Source: Acidobacteriota bacterium (lineage in GTDB: Bacteria > Acidobacteriota > Thermoanaerobaculia > Multivoradales > UBA5704). From it: a DNA stretch of 64,000 bases. The notes beneath the pieces are model-generated. The model made no database searches, had not been told where the DNA came from, and saw only the letters and a list, made by a program, of their open reading frames with translations. Positions 9,134 through 17,608 of this stretch are shown piece after piece (position 1 is the stretch's first letter; each line of letters opens with the position of its first letter). The stretch covers positions 45,048 through 109,047 of the forward strand of contig JBDTZG010000013.1 in NCBI GenBank assembly GCA_040005235.1. Direction: 5' to 3'. The position numbers and the translations under genes are program-made.

Positions 9134-10612
9134 CTACCCTGCCTGCTCGTCGGCGTAAAACCGGTAAAAGTAGTTCGCGTCCTCGAACGGGTGCTCGTCG
9201 AGCACGTGATGGAGGAGGCCGCGCTCGACCAAGAGGCGGCCGACGCGAAGGGCCTCTCGGCGGCTGGTGCCTTCGGCGCGGACGAGCCAGTCGACCGCTT
9301 CGCGCCCGGTCAGACAGCGGGGGTAGACGTTCCACAGATGGCGCCGGTCTTCGATCGCGACGCCCCCTTCCCCGCGCATTTGCGTCGCCAGGGCCGCCAG
9401 CTCTTCCTCCGTCCAGGGCCGGCCGGCAAGGTCGCGGTCGGCTCCGTCCTCCCCCTTCGCGGCCGGGGCTCCGGCGGTCGCTTCTTCCGCCTGCGCCGCG
9501 TGGACCACGCGCTGGGGCAGCGGCATTTCGAGCCCCTCGCGGCGAAAAGCGCTTTCGATCCCGAAGTTCAGATCGCTTTTCAAGCTGCTCTGTTCGCGCG
9601 GGTCGCGGGTCCAGACCAACAGATCGAAGTGGAGCGCGCTGTCGCCGAAGGCGGTGAGCTGAACCGTCGGGGCCGGCTCGTCCAGCACGTCGGGATGCCG
9701 GCGGGCGACGCCGAGCAGGGCGTTGCGCACCTTGGCGATCGGGCTGCTGTAGGCCGCCGGGACCGGAATCCGCAGGCGCGACACCGGATCGCCATGGCTC
9801 CAGTTGATCACCTCGGTTTCCAGAAAGCGCGAGTTCGGCACCAGGATGCTCACCCGGTCGGTGGTGCGGATGACCGCGCTTCTTGCCCCGATCCGTTCGA
9901 CCGTCCCCGAGAACTTGCCGACTTCGACGAAATCGCCGCTCTTGATCGGCCGTTCGAGGCCGATCAGCAGGCCGGAGACGAAGTTGTTCGCGATGTTTTG
10001 CAGGCCGAATCCGAGCCCGATGCCAAGCACGCTGCCGACGATCGCGAGCGTTCGCGCGTCCAAGCCCCAAACCTGGAGGACGATCAGCCCGCCGACGAAC
10101 AGCAGCGCATAGCGCAGCAGGCCGGTCAGGCTGTCCTCGGCCGACGCTTCGAGCCGCAATGGCCGCAGCAGGTAGGACCGGAACAGCCAGGTGACCCCGG
10201 CGACGCAAATCCACAGCGCGCCGAGGGCGATCGGGAGCATCACCAGGTCCGCGGCCGAAAAGGCCTGCTTTTCGATCGCGAAGAGCGGCCGGTTGAAGCT
10301 CGCTGCGAGCAGCTCGACCCCCCGGCGGCGCAGGGTTCCCAGGCCCGGAAAGCGGTCGACGGCAAAGGTGCCGGCCGCCAGCCAGATCCCCCATTTGAAG
10401 GGCAGGAGTGCCAGCTCCAACCGATGCTGCCAAATCAGATGGACGCCGGGCGCCGGCGGCGCCAATCCCCGGCCCTGCCGCTTGCGCCGGGCGCGGTCGG
10501 CGAGCCGAAGCGGCAGCCGTCGGCCGAGCCGCCAGAGCGCGAAATGCGCCAAGGCCGCAGCGCAAAGCGCCGCAAGGCCGAGCGCCAGGGAGGGCATGGG
10601 GGAATCGGGCAT
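9134..10612 (-). CDS. MscS-family mechanosensitive channel with C-terminal DEP domain
   Basis: GIGLGFGLQNIANNFVSG, ERPIKSGD, VPNS, FGDSAL are MscS motifs; C-terminal IEDRRHLWNVYPRCLTGREAVDWL...GLLHHVLDEHPFEDANYFYRF is a DEP pattern. Confidence 0.9.
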   Translation of the reverse strand: MPDSPMPSLALGLAALCAAALAHFALWRLGRRLPLRLADRARRKRQGRGLAPPAPGVHLIWQHRLELALLPFKWGIWLAAGTFAVDRFPGLGTLRRRGVELLAASFNRPLFAIEKQAFSAADLVMLPIALGALWICVAGVTWLFRSYLLRPLRLEASAEDSLTGLLRYALLFVGGLIVLQVWGLDARTLAIVGSVLGIGLGFGLQNIANNFVSGLLIGLERPIKSGDFVEVGKFSGTVERIGARSAVIRTTDRVSILVPNSRFLETEVINWSHGDPVSRLRIPVPAAYSSPIAKVRNALLGVARRHPDVLDEPAPTVQLTAFGDSALHFDLLVWTRDPREQSSLKSDLNFGIESAFRREGLEMPLPQRVVHAAQAEEATAGAPAAKGEDGADRDLAGRPWTEEELAALATQMRGEGGVAIEDRRHLWNVYPRCLTGREAVDWLVRAEGTSRREALRVGRLLVERGLLHHVLDEHPFEDANYFYRFYADEQAG

Positions 10613-10821
10613 GCGAGGTCAGGTCTCCCGGGAATCCTACGCTGGACGGCGGGCCGGCGGATGGCGAAGCCTGGAATCGGCGGGATTGGAGCGCTAAGTT
10701 ACCGGTTTCGGCACTTTGACGTATCATTCCGGCACCGGTTATCCGAAGAGAGCCTTAGAAACCGGCTGGAACTACCGCGCCCGGATGGATTCGAGGGCTC
10801 GGTCGGAGGAAAGTCTGAAAC

Positions 10822-11541
10822 ATGCCAGCCAACGCCCTCCATCCGGATGCCGCCGGCCGGTCCAAGCCGGAGCGTCTGCGTCTGGCGATCGAGATCTTTT
10901 ATGCCCGGAGCAGTCGGCAGATGCATCCCGACGGCGATTGGCAAGAGGGTCTCTGGTACCCCTCGCCCGCCGAGCGCCGGACGTGCTGCGAGGGCATCCA
11001 CCCCACGATGAGCAACCGGCAGGCTCTGGAGAGCCATTGCCGAAGCCAAAGCCATATCGCCGCCTTGTGCGACGTCCCGCTCGGCGAGCTGAAGGCCGCG
11101 GTGCGCGCCGATCGCAAGCAAGGTTCGCCGATCGCCGAGCAGGTCACCGCATCGCTCGTGGCACCTCGGCCGCAGAGGGCCGAAACCTTCTTCGAAATGC
11201 GCCAGAAGGCGAGGCAGGAGACTTTCGAGCAGTTGCATGCGGCGCTCGCCCACGGCTTGCCCCTTTTCGAGCGGCTGCATGCGCTGCGGGACCCCAAGGT
11301 CGCGGAAGAGGAGAGCATGGCCCCACTGCTGGAAACGGCGTCCGCGAGCGCGGAGCGATTGGTTGCGACGCTCCACTCCGCGCGTAGCCTGGAGGCGACC
11401 TTGACGTTCGGGAGCGCCCTTGTCGAAACGCTCCGAGCGTTGTTGGAGGAGCCCCCGGCCAAGCGCCGCCGTTCGCTCGCCGCCGGAATCACGGGCATCG
11501 ATCCAAATCCGGACCCGGCCGCTCCCGGCCGGGCGGCTTAG
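10822..11541 (+). CDS. Hypothetical protein with Cys/His-rich N-terminal domain
   Basis: 239 aa; RBS GGAGG; motif HPDG..WYPS...CC...HCRS..HIA. Confidence 0.6.
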   Translation: MPANALHPDAAGRSKPERLRLAIEIFYARSSRQMHPDGDWQEGLWYPSPAERRTCCEGIHPTMSNRQALESHCRSQSHIAALCDVPLGELKAAVRADRKQGSPIAEQVTASLVAPRPQRAETFFEMRQKARQETFEQLHAALAHGLPLFERLHALRDPKVAEEESMAPLLETASASAERLVATLHSARSLEATLTFGSALVETLRALLEEPPAKRRRSLAAGITGIDPNPDPAAPGRAA

Positions 11542-12002
11542 GCCCGAAGTTGATGGTCATTGGCGGCGTGCGGCATCGGTCGGTGGGTCGCTTCTTGCCC
11601 GGGTGCGCAAGCCTGACGCAGCTCTTCCACCAGGTCCAGAAGCTCCCGAAGCAGAGCGGTCCCGTCGCCCAGGATGACGAGATCTTTGCCGATCGCCGTG
11701 AGTTGCTTGCGACCGGCGGGCGTGGTCGGTACTTTTCCCAGAGTTTGCTCGATCCGGCCGTAGGCATCGACAGCGCAAGAAAGAATGCCTTCGCCGTCGC
11801 GCAGGGCGGCGAAGGATCGGTCCCGGGTAGGGCGCACCGCGTTTCCGCTCGAACCGGCGTACACCGTCTCCGGCTGCTCGTAGCGGGTCGAAAGGAAGCG
11901 CCGGATCAGCTGGACGCTAGGGATGTTTGCGGCACCCGCTTCTGCCGCGAGCTGCTCAAAGATCCAGATCGACAGAGTGAGGCGAAGTACTTTAGTGGAC
12001 AT
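11538..12002 (-). CDS. Hypothetical protein, possible ribbon-helix-helix-like N-terminus
   Basis: ATG 12002 with RBS AGGAGAAGG; MSTKVLRLTLSIWIFEQLAAEAG...LIRRFL. Confidence 0.5.
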   Translation of the reverse strand: MSTKVLRLTLSIWIFEQLAAEAGAANIPSVQLIRRFLSTRYEQPETVYAGSSGNAVRPTRDRSFAALRDGEGILSCAVDAYGRIEQTLGKVPTTPAGRKQLTAIGKDLVILGDGTALLRELLDLVEELRQACAPGQEATHRPMPHAANDHQLRA

Positions 12003-12399
12003 AACCTTCTCCTGAAAGTCCAGAATGACGATGCCGTCGTAATGAGGCAGCGATCCTTGGTCCCGCCGTAGTCGCACTCAAAGAGCCGATTGGCGCTCAT
12101 TGATGCCGCTATGGATATCTTGCGGCTCCATATCGCGGAAAGTCAAGAAAAAGACCGGATTTGCCGTTACGAACGACAACACCTGAAAAACGGGTGCCGC
12201 AGTGCACCGGTGCATCGACGATCGACCTGACGTTCGGAAGCCGGCGGTCCGGAGTACAAAAGAGGAGCCATGCTGCAGGCAACGGCGCCCCTAGTAGCCG
12301 GAGACTGCGCAGAGGCGGCCAGCTTCTGCGCAGCTCCTTTGTCACGTACCGCAACGCCCAGCTCCGTCGGAGTCCGAGAACAAACGGCCTTCGCGCCGG

Positions 12400-12741
12400 T
12401 CAGTTCGGCTGGCTGACGACCCGCGCGACCTGGAGATCCGGCCCGGAAAACGTCCCCCGGTGCGACCAGATCGAAACCGTGACCCGATCGCCGCGGTATT
12501 CGAGGATCGGTCCCCGAAGGCCGAACGGCACTTCGATCGCTTCGACCGCTTCCGAGACGAGGCGCAGAAACGAGAGCGACTCGCACCGCGTCCGGAAGAT
12601 GAATTGGCGCTGGATACGGAGCCCGTCGGCCGCCAGCTTCCAGCCCGGCATTCCGCGGAGCCAAAGCTGAATCCTTTCCGCCTTGAGGGAGGGGGGCAGG
12701 GGGGACGGAGACGGGGACAAAGAAGAAACTTGTGCGCTCAT
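12400..12741 (-). CDS. Pterin-4a-carbinolamine dehydratase-like protein (divergent)
   Basis: LKAERIQLWLRGMPGWKL...IQRQFIF...VTVSIWSH...DLQVARVV fits the PCD fold; the HHP catalytic motif is absent; RBS GGAGG. Confidence 0.65.
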   Translation of the reverse strand: MSAQVSSLSPSPSPLPPSLKAERIQLWLRGMPGWKLAADGLRIQRQFIFRTRCESLSFLRLVSEAVEAIEVPFGLRGPILEYRGDRVTVSIWSHRGTFSGPDLQVARVVSQPN

Positions 12742-12904
12742 GGCGAGCACCTCCAGAGTGGGGCCGGGACGGAGGATTCCGTATCGACCGGCGATGTTCG
12801 CGGCGCGCCCGCTCCCCGAAACAGGAGCCGGAATTTGCGGCACGAGCGCCTGGGGCGCAGTGGCATGTTTGGGCAACCGGCGGTTCGTTTTCATCGCGAG
12901 ATGA

Positions 12905-13004
12905 ACCGTACGGCATTCGAACCGGCGATTTCCAGCGCGTTTTCGAGCATAGGGCCTATGCTCGAATTTGCCCCTTGAAATGCCCGATCTGGGTGGTGTA
13001 GGGT
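12905..13004. promoter_or_regulatory. Palindrome-centred bidirectional promoter-like cassette, copy A
   Basis: Palindrome TTCGAGCATAGG-G-CCTATGCTCGAA (12942-12966); plus strand TTGAAA-18-TAGGGT, minus strand TGGAAA-18-TACGGT; second copy at 49570-49669. Confidence 0.65.
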
Positions 13005-13048
13005 CTCCGGCTTTTCCCGCGGGAGGGGAATTTGCGCCTTCGCGCGAC

Positions 13049-13711
13049 TCAGCCCTCGGGCTTGATCCTCGGTTCCACCAAGCCATATCGGACGGCGTGG
13101 GAGACCGCCTGCGCCCGGCTGGTCAGATGGAGTTTGTCGAGGATGTTGCGCACGTGGAATTTCACCGTGTTGTCGGTTAGCCCGAGACGTTTGGCTAACT
13201 GGCGGTTGGAGGTGACCCCTTCGACCATCAGGTCCAAAACTTCGCGCTCGCGACCCGTGAGTGCTTCCGATCCTTCTGCTCGCGGTTCCGCGCTCTTGGG
13301 CTTGGAGAAAGCCGCCAGGATCTTCCGCGACACCTCCGGAGTGAGCGCGGGTTCGCCGGCCAGCGCCCGCTCCAACAGCTCGAAAAAGCCGTCGGCTTCG
13401 AGGCTCTTGAGCATGTAACCGTGCGCCCCGGCGCGGAGCGCATTGAACAGATCGTCGTCTTCCATGGAAGCGGTGAGGATGACGACCTTGATCTCCGGCA
13501 TCCGTTCGATCAACTCCTTCGTCGCCTCGATTCCATTGAGAACGGGCATCGACAGATCCATGAGCACGATATCGGGCTTCAAGGTGCAGGCCAGCTCGAT
13601 CGCCTGCCGGCCGTTGCTCGCTTCGCCGACGACCTCAATTCCCCGCGACTCCAGCAGGCTGCGCAGGCTGCTGCGAAACAGGGCGTGATCGTCGCCGAGG
13701 AGTATTCTCAT
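13049..13711 (-). CDS. NarL/LuxR-family response regulator
   Basis: REC domain (DDH, MDLSMP, ILT, YMLK) plus HTH LTGREREVL...TVKFHVRNILDKL. Confidence 0.95.
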   Translation of the reverse strand: MRILLGDDHALFRSSLRSLLESRGIEVVGEASNGRQAIELACTLKPDIVLMDLSMPVLNGIEATKELIERMPEIKVVILTASMEDDDLFNALRAGAHGYMLKSLEADGFFELLERALAGEPALTPEVSRKILAAFSKPKSAEPRAEGSEALTGREREVLDLMVEGVTSNRQLAKRLGLTDNTVKFHVRNILDKLHLTSRAQAVSHAVRYGLVEPRIKPEG

Positions 13712-13724
13712 TTCGGGCCTCCGT

Positions 13725-15086
13725 TCAACCGGTCCTGAGTTTGCCTCCCGGTAGGGTCAGCATGACGCGGGTCCCCTTGCCCCTCTTAGACGTCACCACG
13801 AAGGTGGCGCCGATGGCCGCCGCGCGTTCGGCCATCGTTTTCAATCCGAAGCGGCCGCACACGGCGATCTCGTCGGACTTCGGTTCGAATCCCACTCCGT
13901 CGTCGCTCACCAACAGAAAAACCGCTTCGCCGTCGTTGGCCAGCGTCACCCGTACCCAGCGGGCCTGGGCGTGCTTGCGGACATTCGCCAGCATCTCCTG
14001 AAGAATGCGCAGGAGCTGCGTTTGGGTTTCGATGGGCAGCTCGTGGACCGGCTCGATCGCCAGCTCCAGCTGGATCGAGATCTGCTGCGCCCATCCGCTC
14101 GCGTAGTCGGAGATCGCCCCAGGCAAACCGCCCTCTTCCGGAAGGATCGTCCGCAGGTCGAGAATCTGCTGCCGGACGTCGCCGTAAATGTTGCGCGCCG
14201 CTTCGGCAAACTCGTCGAGATGGGTCTGCGCTTCTTCCACCTTCCCCTGGCGCATGTACTCGCGCACCACCTGCGCCTTGACGTTGACGTAGGCCAGCAC
14301 CTGGGCGAGCCCGTCGTGCATCTCGTGCGCGATCCGCAGCCGTTCGCGGTCCGCCCCGAGCGCCTTCATTTGACTATGAAGGTGAGCGTTGTCGATCGCG
14401 ATCGCCGCCTGCTCGGCAAAGCGCACCAAGACGTCCTCGTCGTCCTGGCTGAAGGCGCCGCCCCCTTCTTTTTCCGAGAGGTAGAGGATGCCGTGGTGGG
14501 GAGCCCGGCAGGTCACCGGAACGGCGAGAAGGCTGTGCATCGACGGATGCCCAGGAGGAACGCCCACCGAACGCGGATCCTTCGAGATCTCGTCGACCCG
14601 CAGGGTTTGCCCTTCAAAGAGGGGAACGCCAAGGAGGCCCAGGCCGCGAGGCGGAGCGCCGATCGCGGCTTCACGGTCAGGGCCGATGCCGGAAGTGACA
14701 AACGAGGTGATCTGCCCGGCCTGATCCACCATGGTGAGGGCGCCGTACAAGGTACCGAGCAGCGCGCAAGCCCGCTCGACGACGGTCTGAAGGACGGTGT
14801 CGAGAGAGATGTCCGCGGTCACGACCAGCGCAGCGGCGTGCAGCTCCAGCAGCTCCCGGTTCTGCCGATGCAGCCGATGCTCGAGCTTCTCCAAGCGCTC
14901 CAGCAGCAGTTCGTAAAACAACACCAAAAGGACGAGCGCAACCGACAGGATGAGGAGACGCGCCGCCCACGGCGAAAGCTTGGGAATCAGCAGTAACTGC
15001 CTGGAGATCTCGACGGCGACCAGGAGCAAGAGCGGACCCACCACGGCGATGAAGCGCAAGCGCCCCGCTGATTCCTCAACCCTCAT
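13725..15086 (-). CDS. Membrane sensor histidine kinase (GAF + HisKA_3 + HATPase)
   Basis: Two TM helices, GAF (SLLAVP, AAIAIDNA), ERLRIAHEMHDGLAQ, QEMLANVRKHA, DDGVGF, GLKTMAERA. Confidence 0.95.
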   Translation of the reverse strand: MRVEESAGRLRFIAVVGPLLLLVAVEISRQLLLIPKLSPWAARLLILSVALVLLVLFYELLLERLEKLEHRLHRQNRELLELHAAALVVTADISLDTVLQTVVERACALLGTLYGALTMVDQAGQITSFVTSGIGPDREAAIGAPPRGLGLLGVPLFEGQTLRVDEISKDPRSVGVPPGHPSMHSLLAVPVTCRAPHHGILYLSEKEGGGAFSQDDEDVLVRFAEQAAIAIDNAHLHSQMKALGADRERLRIAHEMHDGLAQVLAYVNVKAQVVREYMRQGKVEEAQTHLDEFAEAARNIYGDVRQQILDLRTILPEEGGLPGAISDYASGWAQQISIQLELAIEPVHELPIETQTQLLRILQEMLANVRKHAQARWVRVTLANDGEAVFLLVSDDGVGFEPKSDEIAVCGRFGLKTMAERAAAIGATFVVTSKRGKGTRVMLTLPGGKLRTG

Positions 15087-15105
15087 AATTTACGACTATA
15101 TCGCC

Positions 15106-15741
15106 TTACGGAAGAGAAGTTGGCTTCGCACCTCGCCGGGGCGCCCGGCTGAGCCAGAGCCCCGCCAGTCCGGTCATCGACGCGAAGGCGGCCAGAATGA
15201 ATCCGGCGGAGGGGCGGGCATCGAGCGTGGCTCCGGCAATCGCCAGCCGTCCAAGCAGCAGAAAAGCCGGACCGACATGCAAGCGGCCGGGCACCGGGGA
15301 GAGCGTCGCCAGGATCGACACCAGCCACCGCGCCGTGTCGGCGACGACGATGAACGGGAAGCAGATGGCGGGCACGGCCAGCAAGGCCGTCCAGCGGCGG
15401 CGGCCGTAGGCGGCGGTCAGTAACAATCCGACCACTACGACCAGTGCCAGGGACAAGGATCGTTCCAAGGCGGCAAGGTCCTCGCCCTGGCCATCGCCGG
15501 GCCAACCGGCTGCCGAAAGGACTTCGGGAAGCGCCCCGTCCAGTCGGCCCAAATACGAGATGAGTTTCACGCCCTGGGGCTGAGCGCGGGTGACCAACTC
15601 GATCTGCCAATAGGGAAGCCAATACGAGACGATCAGCAACACGGCGGCGGCGACCAGGGTCCCGGTAGCCGCCGGGTTGAGGCGCCGGGATTTGCGAGAC
15701 CTGGTTTGCGACAGCTCCGCCGCGTTGGTGAAAGGAGCCAT
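15106..15741 (-). CDS. Membrane protein resembling the NosB-like protein of clade II nos clusters (divergent)
   Basis: About 4 TM segments; LLIVSYWLPYWQIEL..AQPQGVKLISYLGRLDG resembles the family N-terminus; start uncertain. Confidence 0.45.
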   Translation of the reverse strand: MAPFTNAAELSQTRSRKSRRLNPAATGTLVAAAVLLIVSYWLPYWQIELVTRAQPQGVKLISYLGRLDGALPEVLSAAGWPGDGQGEDLAALERSLSLALVVVVGLLLTAAYGRRRWTALLAVPAICFPFIVVADTARWLVSILATLSPVPGRLHVGPAFLLLGRLAIAGATLDARPSAGFILAAFASMTGLAGLWLSRAPRRGAKPTSLP

Positions 15742-15891
15742 TCCACAAGAATAGACGGCAGCCGCGCAAGCGGCTCCACACATAAGGGTGGGAAAAGAAC
15801 GCCGCGGGGTAGGGAAAGCCACGCGGCGGGGTGGGGCGGGGATTACTCAAGTGCTACTGCTCGAAGGCGGAACCTCGCCGGACCCCGAGCT

Positions 15892-16190
15892 TCAGTGCGG
15901 CGCATACGCCAGCGGCCGATCCCACGCCGTCCCGCGCAGCAGCTCCGGCCAGGGCACGTCGGCGGTGAGGATGTTGTTCGGGCTCCCTTCGAACTCGACG
16001 TTCAGGAACGCGCCGCTCCGAAACACCGATTCGGGCTGAGTCTCATGGCCGGCGAAGATCGGCGGTGCGATCAGAATCGCCGAGCTCGGCGTCAGCAGCC
16101 CTGTGCAAGGCGCCGGAGCGTTGCGGCACCAAGGCAGGGTCTCGATCCGGCCGGCCGCCAGCTTGCCCGCCGCAGAATCTTTGGTCTCAT
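15892..16190 (-). pseudogene. Internally deleted paralogue of 16487..17590
   Basis: Manual translation GKLAAGRIETLPWC...QPESVFRSGAFLNVEF...VPWPELLRGTAW vs GRLVGGTVTALPFC...QGEPVFRRGAHLNIDI...VNWADLLRDTAW; RBS+ATG (MRPKIL) at 16190 is out of frame. Confidence 0.75.
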
Positions 16191-16234
16191 CGCGATCTCC
16201 AAGCTAACGCTGCACAACTCGCAGCATTGCTGGC

Positions 16235-16478
16235 TCATTCTTCGACCGGGGCATCGTAAGGATATTTGGGTGACGTGATCTTGCAGGGGCTGCTTCCCTT
16301 GCAGGATTCGGGGGACGGCTGCCATTGAATCTGCTCTTGGGAGATTGGCGCGGCCGTCGGATTCGTTGGATCGAGCCAGAAGACGTCGAAGTTTCCGGGC
16401 TGCGAGCCTAGGTGAAGAATCAGGTCTGCCTCTTGGTATCGCGCCGTGGGCCGACGCCGGCCGTCGCGCCCTCGGCAT
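16235..16478 (-). pseudogene. Internally deleted paralogue of 17609..19684 (C-terminal remnant)
   Basis: RYQEADLILHLGSQPGNFDVFWLDP...CKGSSPCKITSPKYPYD vs KYQAVLPLLDLGPANGRFTVQWITP...CNGGSCVIQSPKYAYD; RBS+ATG at 16478 is out of frame. Confidence 0.75.
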
Positions 16479-16486
16479 GCGCCACC

Positions 16487-17590
16487 TCACGGTACCAGCC
16501 CGCCGTTCCACGCCGTGTCGCGCAGGAGGTCCGCCCAATTCACGTTGGCGTTGAAGACGTTGAACTCGCTGTCGATGATGTCGATGTTCAAATGCGCTCC
16601 GCGACGGAAGACCGGCTCGCCCTGCACCTCTATTCCGGGGCGAACCGGGGGAAGGACGTAGAGACCGACGCCCGGATCCAACACTTGGATGCACGCGGTG
16701 GTCAGGAACGTCCCGTCGGGCTGCTCGCAGAACGGCAGCGCCGTTACGGTGCCTCCGACCAGGCGGCCCGGCGGATCAACATCGACGCGAAACAGGAAGG
16801 GCATGCGAAACTCGCCGAAACCACACTCACCGTCCTCATTGCAGAACGCGGTATACGGGTAGACGTCCACCCTGTAAGTGAACGGCTGCTCGGCGCGATA
16901 GATGACTGCCTTGAATCGGGTTCCAGCACAAAAGGGCGGATTCACAAACGGCTCCAACAGGCACGTGGTCGGCCGCACCGTCCGCGCCAGGATCGCGAAG
17001 ACCCGCAGGTCGAAATCCGTCACCTCGCCGTGGCAGGGGGTGAGCAGATCGTCCACCGCCAGCCCCCGCCCGGCGCCGTCGGCACTCCCCTCCCCTCGGT
17101 CGGTGCGGGTGGTCAGTTGCAAGGCGATCGTCGGTCGATCGGGGTTTGGCACCTGGGGCGCCAGATCCATTTTGATCAGGAGGTTGCCGCGGAAGCCGAT
17201 GGGCACGTCCAGGTTTGACGCGGTATCGCGGCGCACCAGGGTCGCTTGAGGCAGGACCGACCGCCGAGGATCGAGAAAATCTTCTCCTCGGCGCAGAATT
17301 AGGTCGAATGCAAGCTGCTGCTCTTGGCGGAATCGATCTCCCTGGACCGTGATGAATCGCATGTCGTTGGTGCCGACCAGGCCCCGGTAGGCACCGCTCT
17401 GCGGGGATGAGCGCCAGAGGAAGAGGCTCGAGCCGAGGTAGGCCACGGAAATGCGGTGGATCAGCCGGCCCGACTGTTGTTCCTCGCAGGTCACCTGCGC
17501 CGGCGTGAGCGGGCGGCTGATCAGCGGTTGGGCGACTGCGGAGACCGTGGAGAATAGCCAGAGTGGCAGCAACAGCACAGACGTTCTCAT
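16487..17590 (-). CDS. Secreted hypothetical protein
   Basis: 367 aa; signal peptide ending AVA-Q; several Cys. Confidence 0.7.
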   Translation of the reverse strand: MRTSVLLLPLWLFSTVSAVAQPLISRPLTPAQVTCEEQQSGRLIHRISVAYLGSSLFLWRSSPQSGAYRGLVGTNDMRFITVQGDRFRQEQQLAFDLILRRGEDFLDPRRSVLPQATLVRRDTASNLDVPIGFRGNLLIKMDLAPQVPNPDRPTIALQLTTRTDRGEGSADGAGRGLAVDDLLTPCHGEVTDFDLRVFAILARTVRPTTCLLEPFVNPPFCAGTRFKAVIYRAEQPFTYRVDVYPYTAFCNEDGECGFGEFRMPFLFRVDVDPPGRLVGGTVTALPFCEQPDGTFLTTACIQVLDPGVGLYVLPPVRPGIEVQGEPVFRRGAHLNIDIIDSEFNVFNANVNWADLLRDTAWNGGLVP

Positions 17591-17608
17591 GGCATCACCT
17601 TTCTCTCG

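Noticed and set aside
16235-16489. Programmed stop-codon readthrough from gene B into the A' remnant
   Set aside because: In-frame position has a 1-in-3 chance of arising; the out-of-frame RBS+ATG favours a deletion pseudogene
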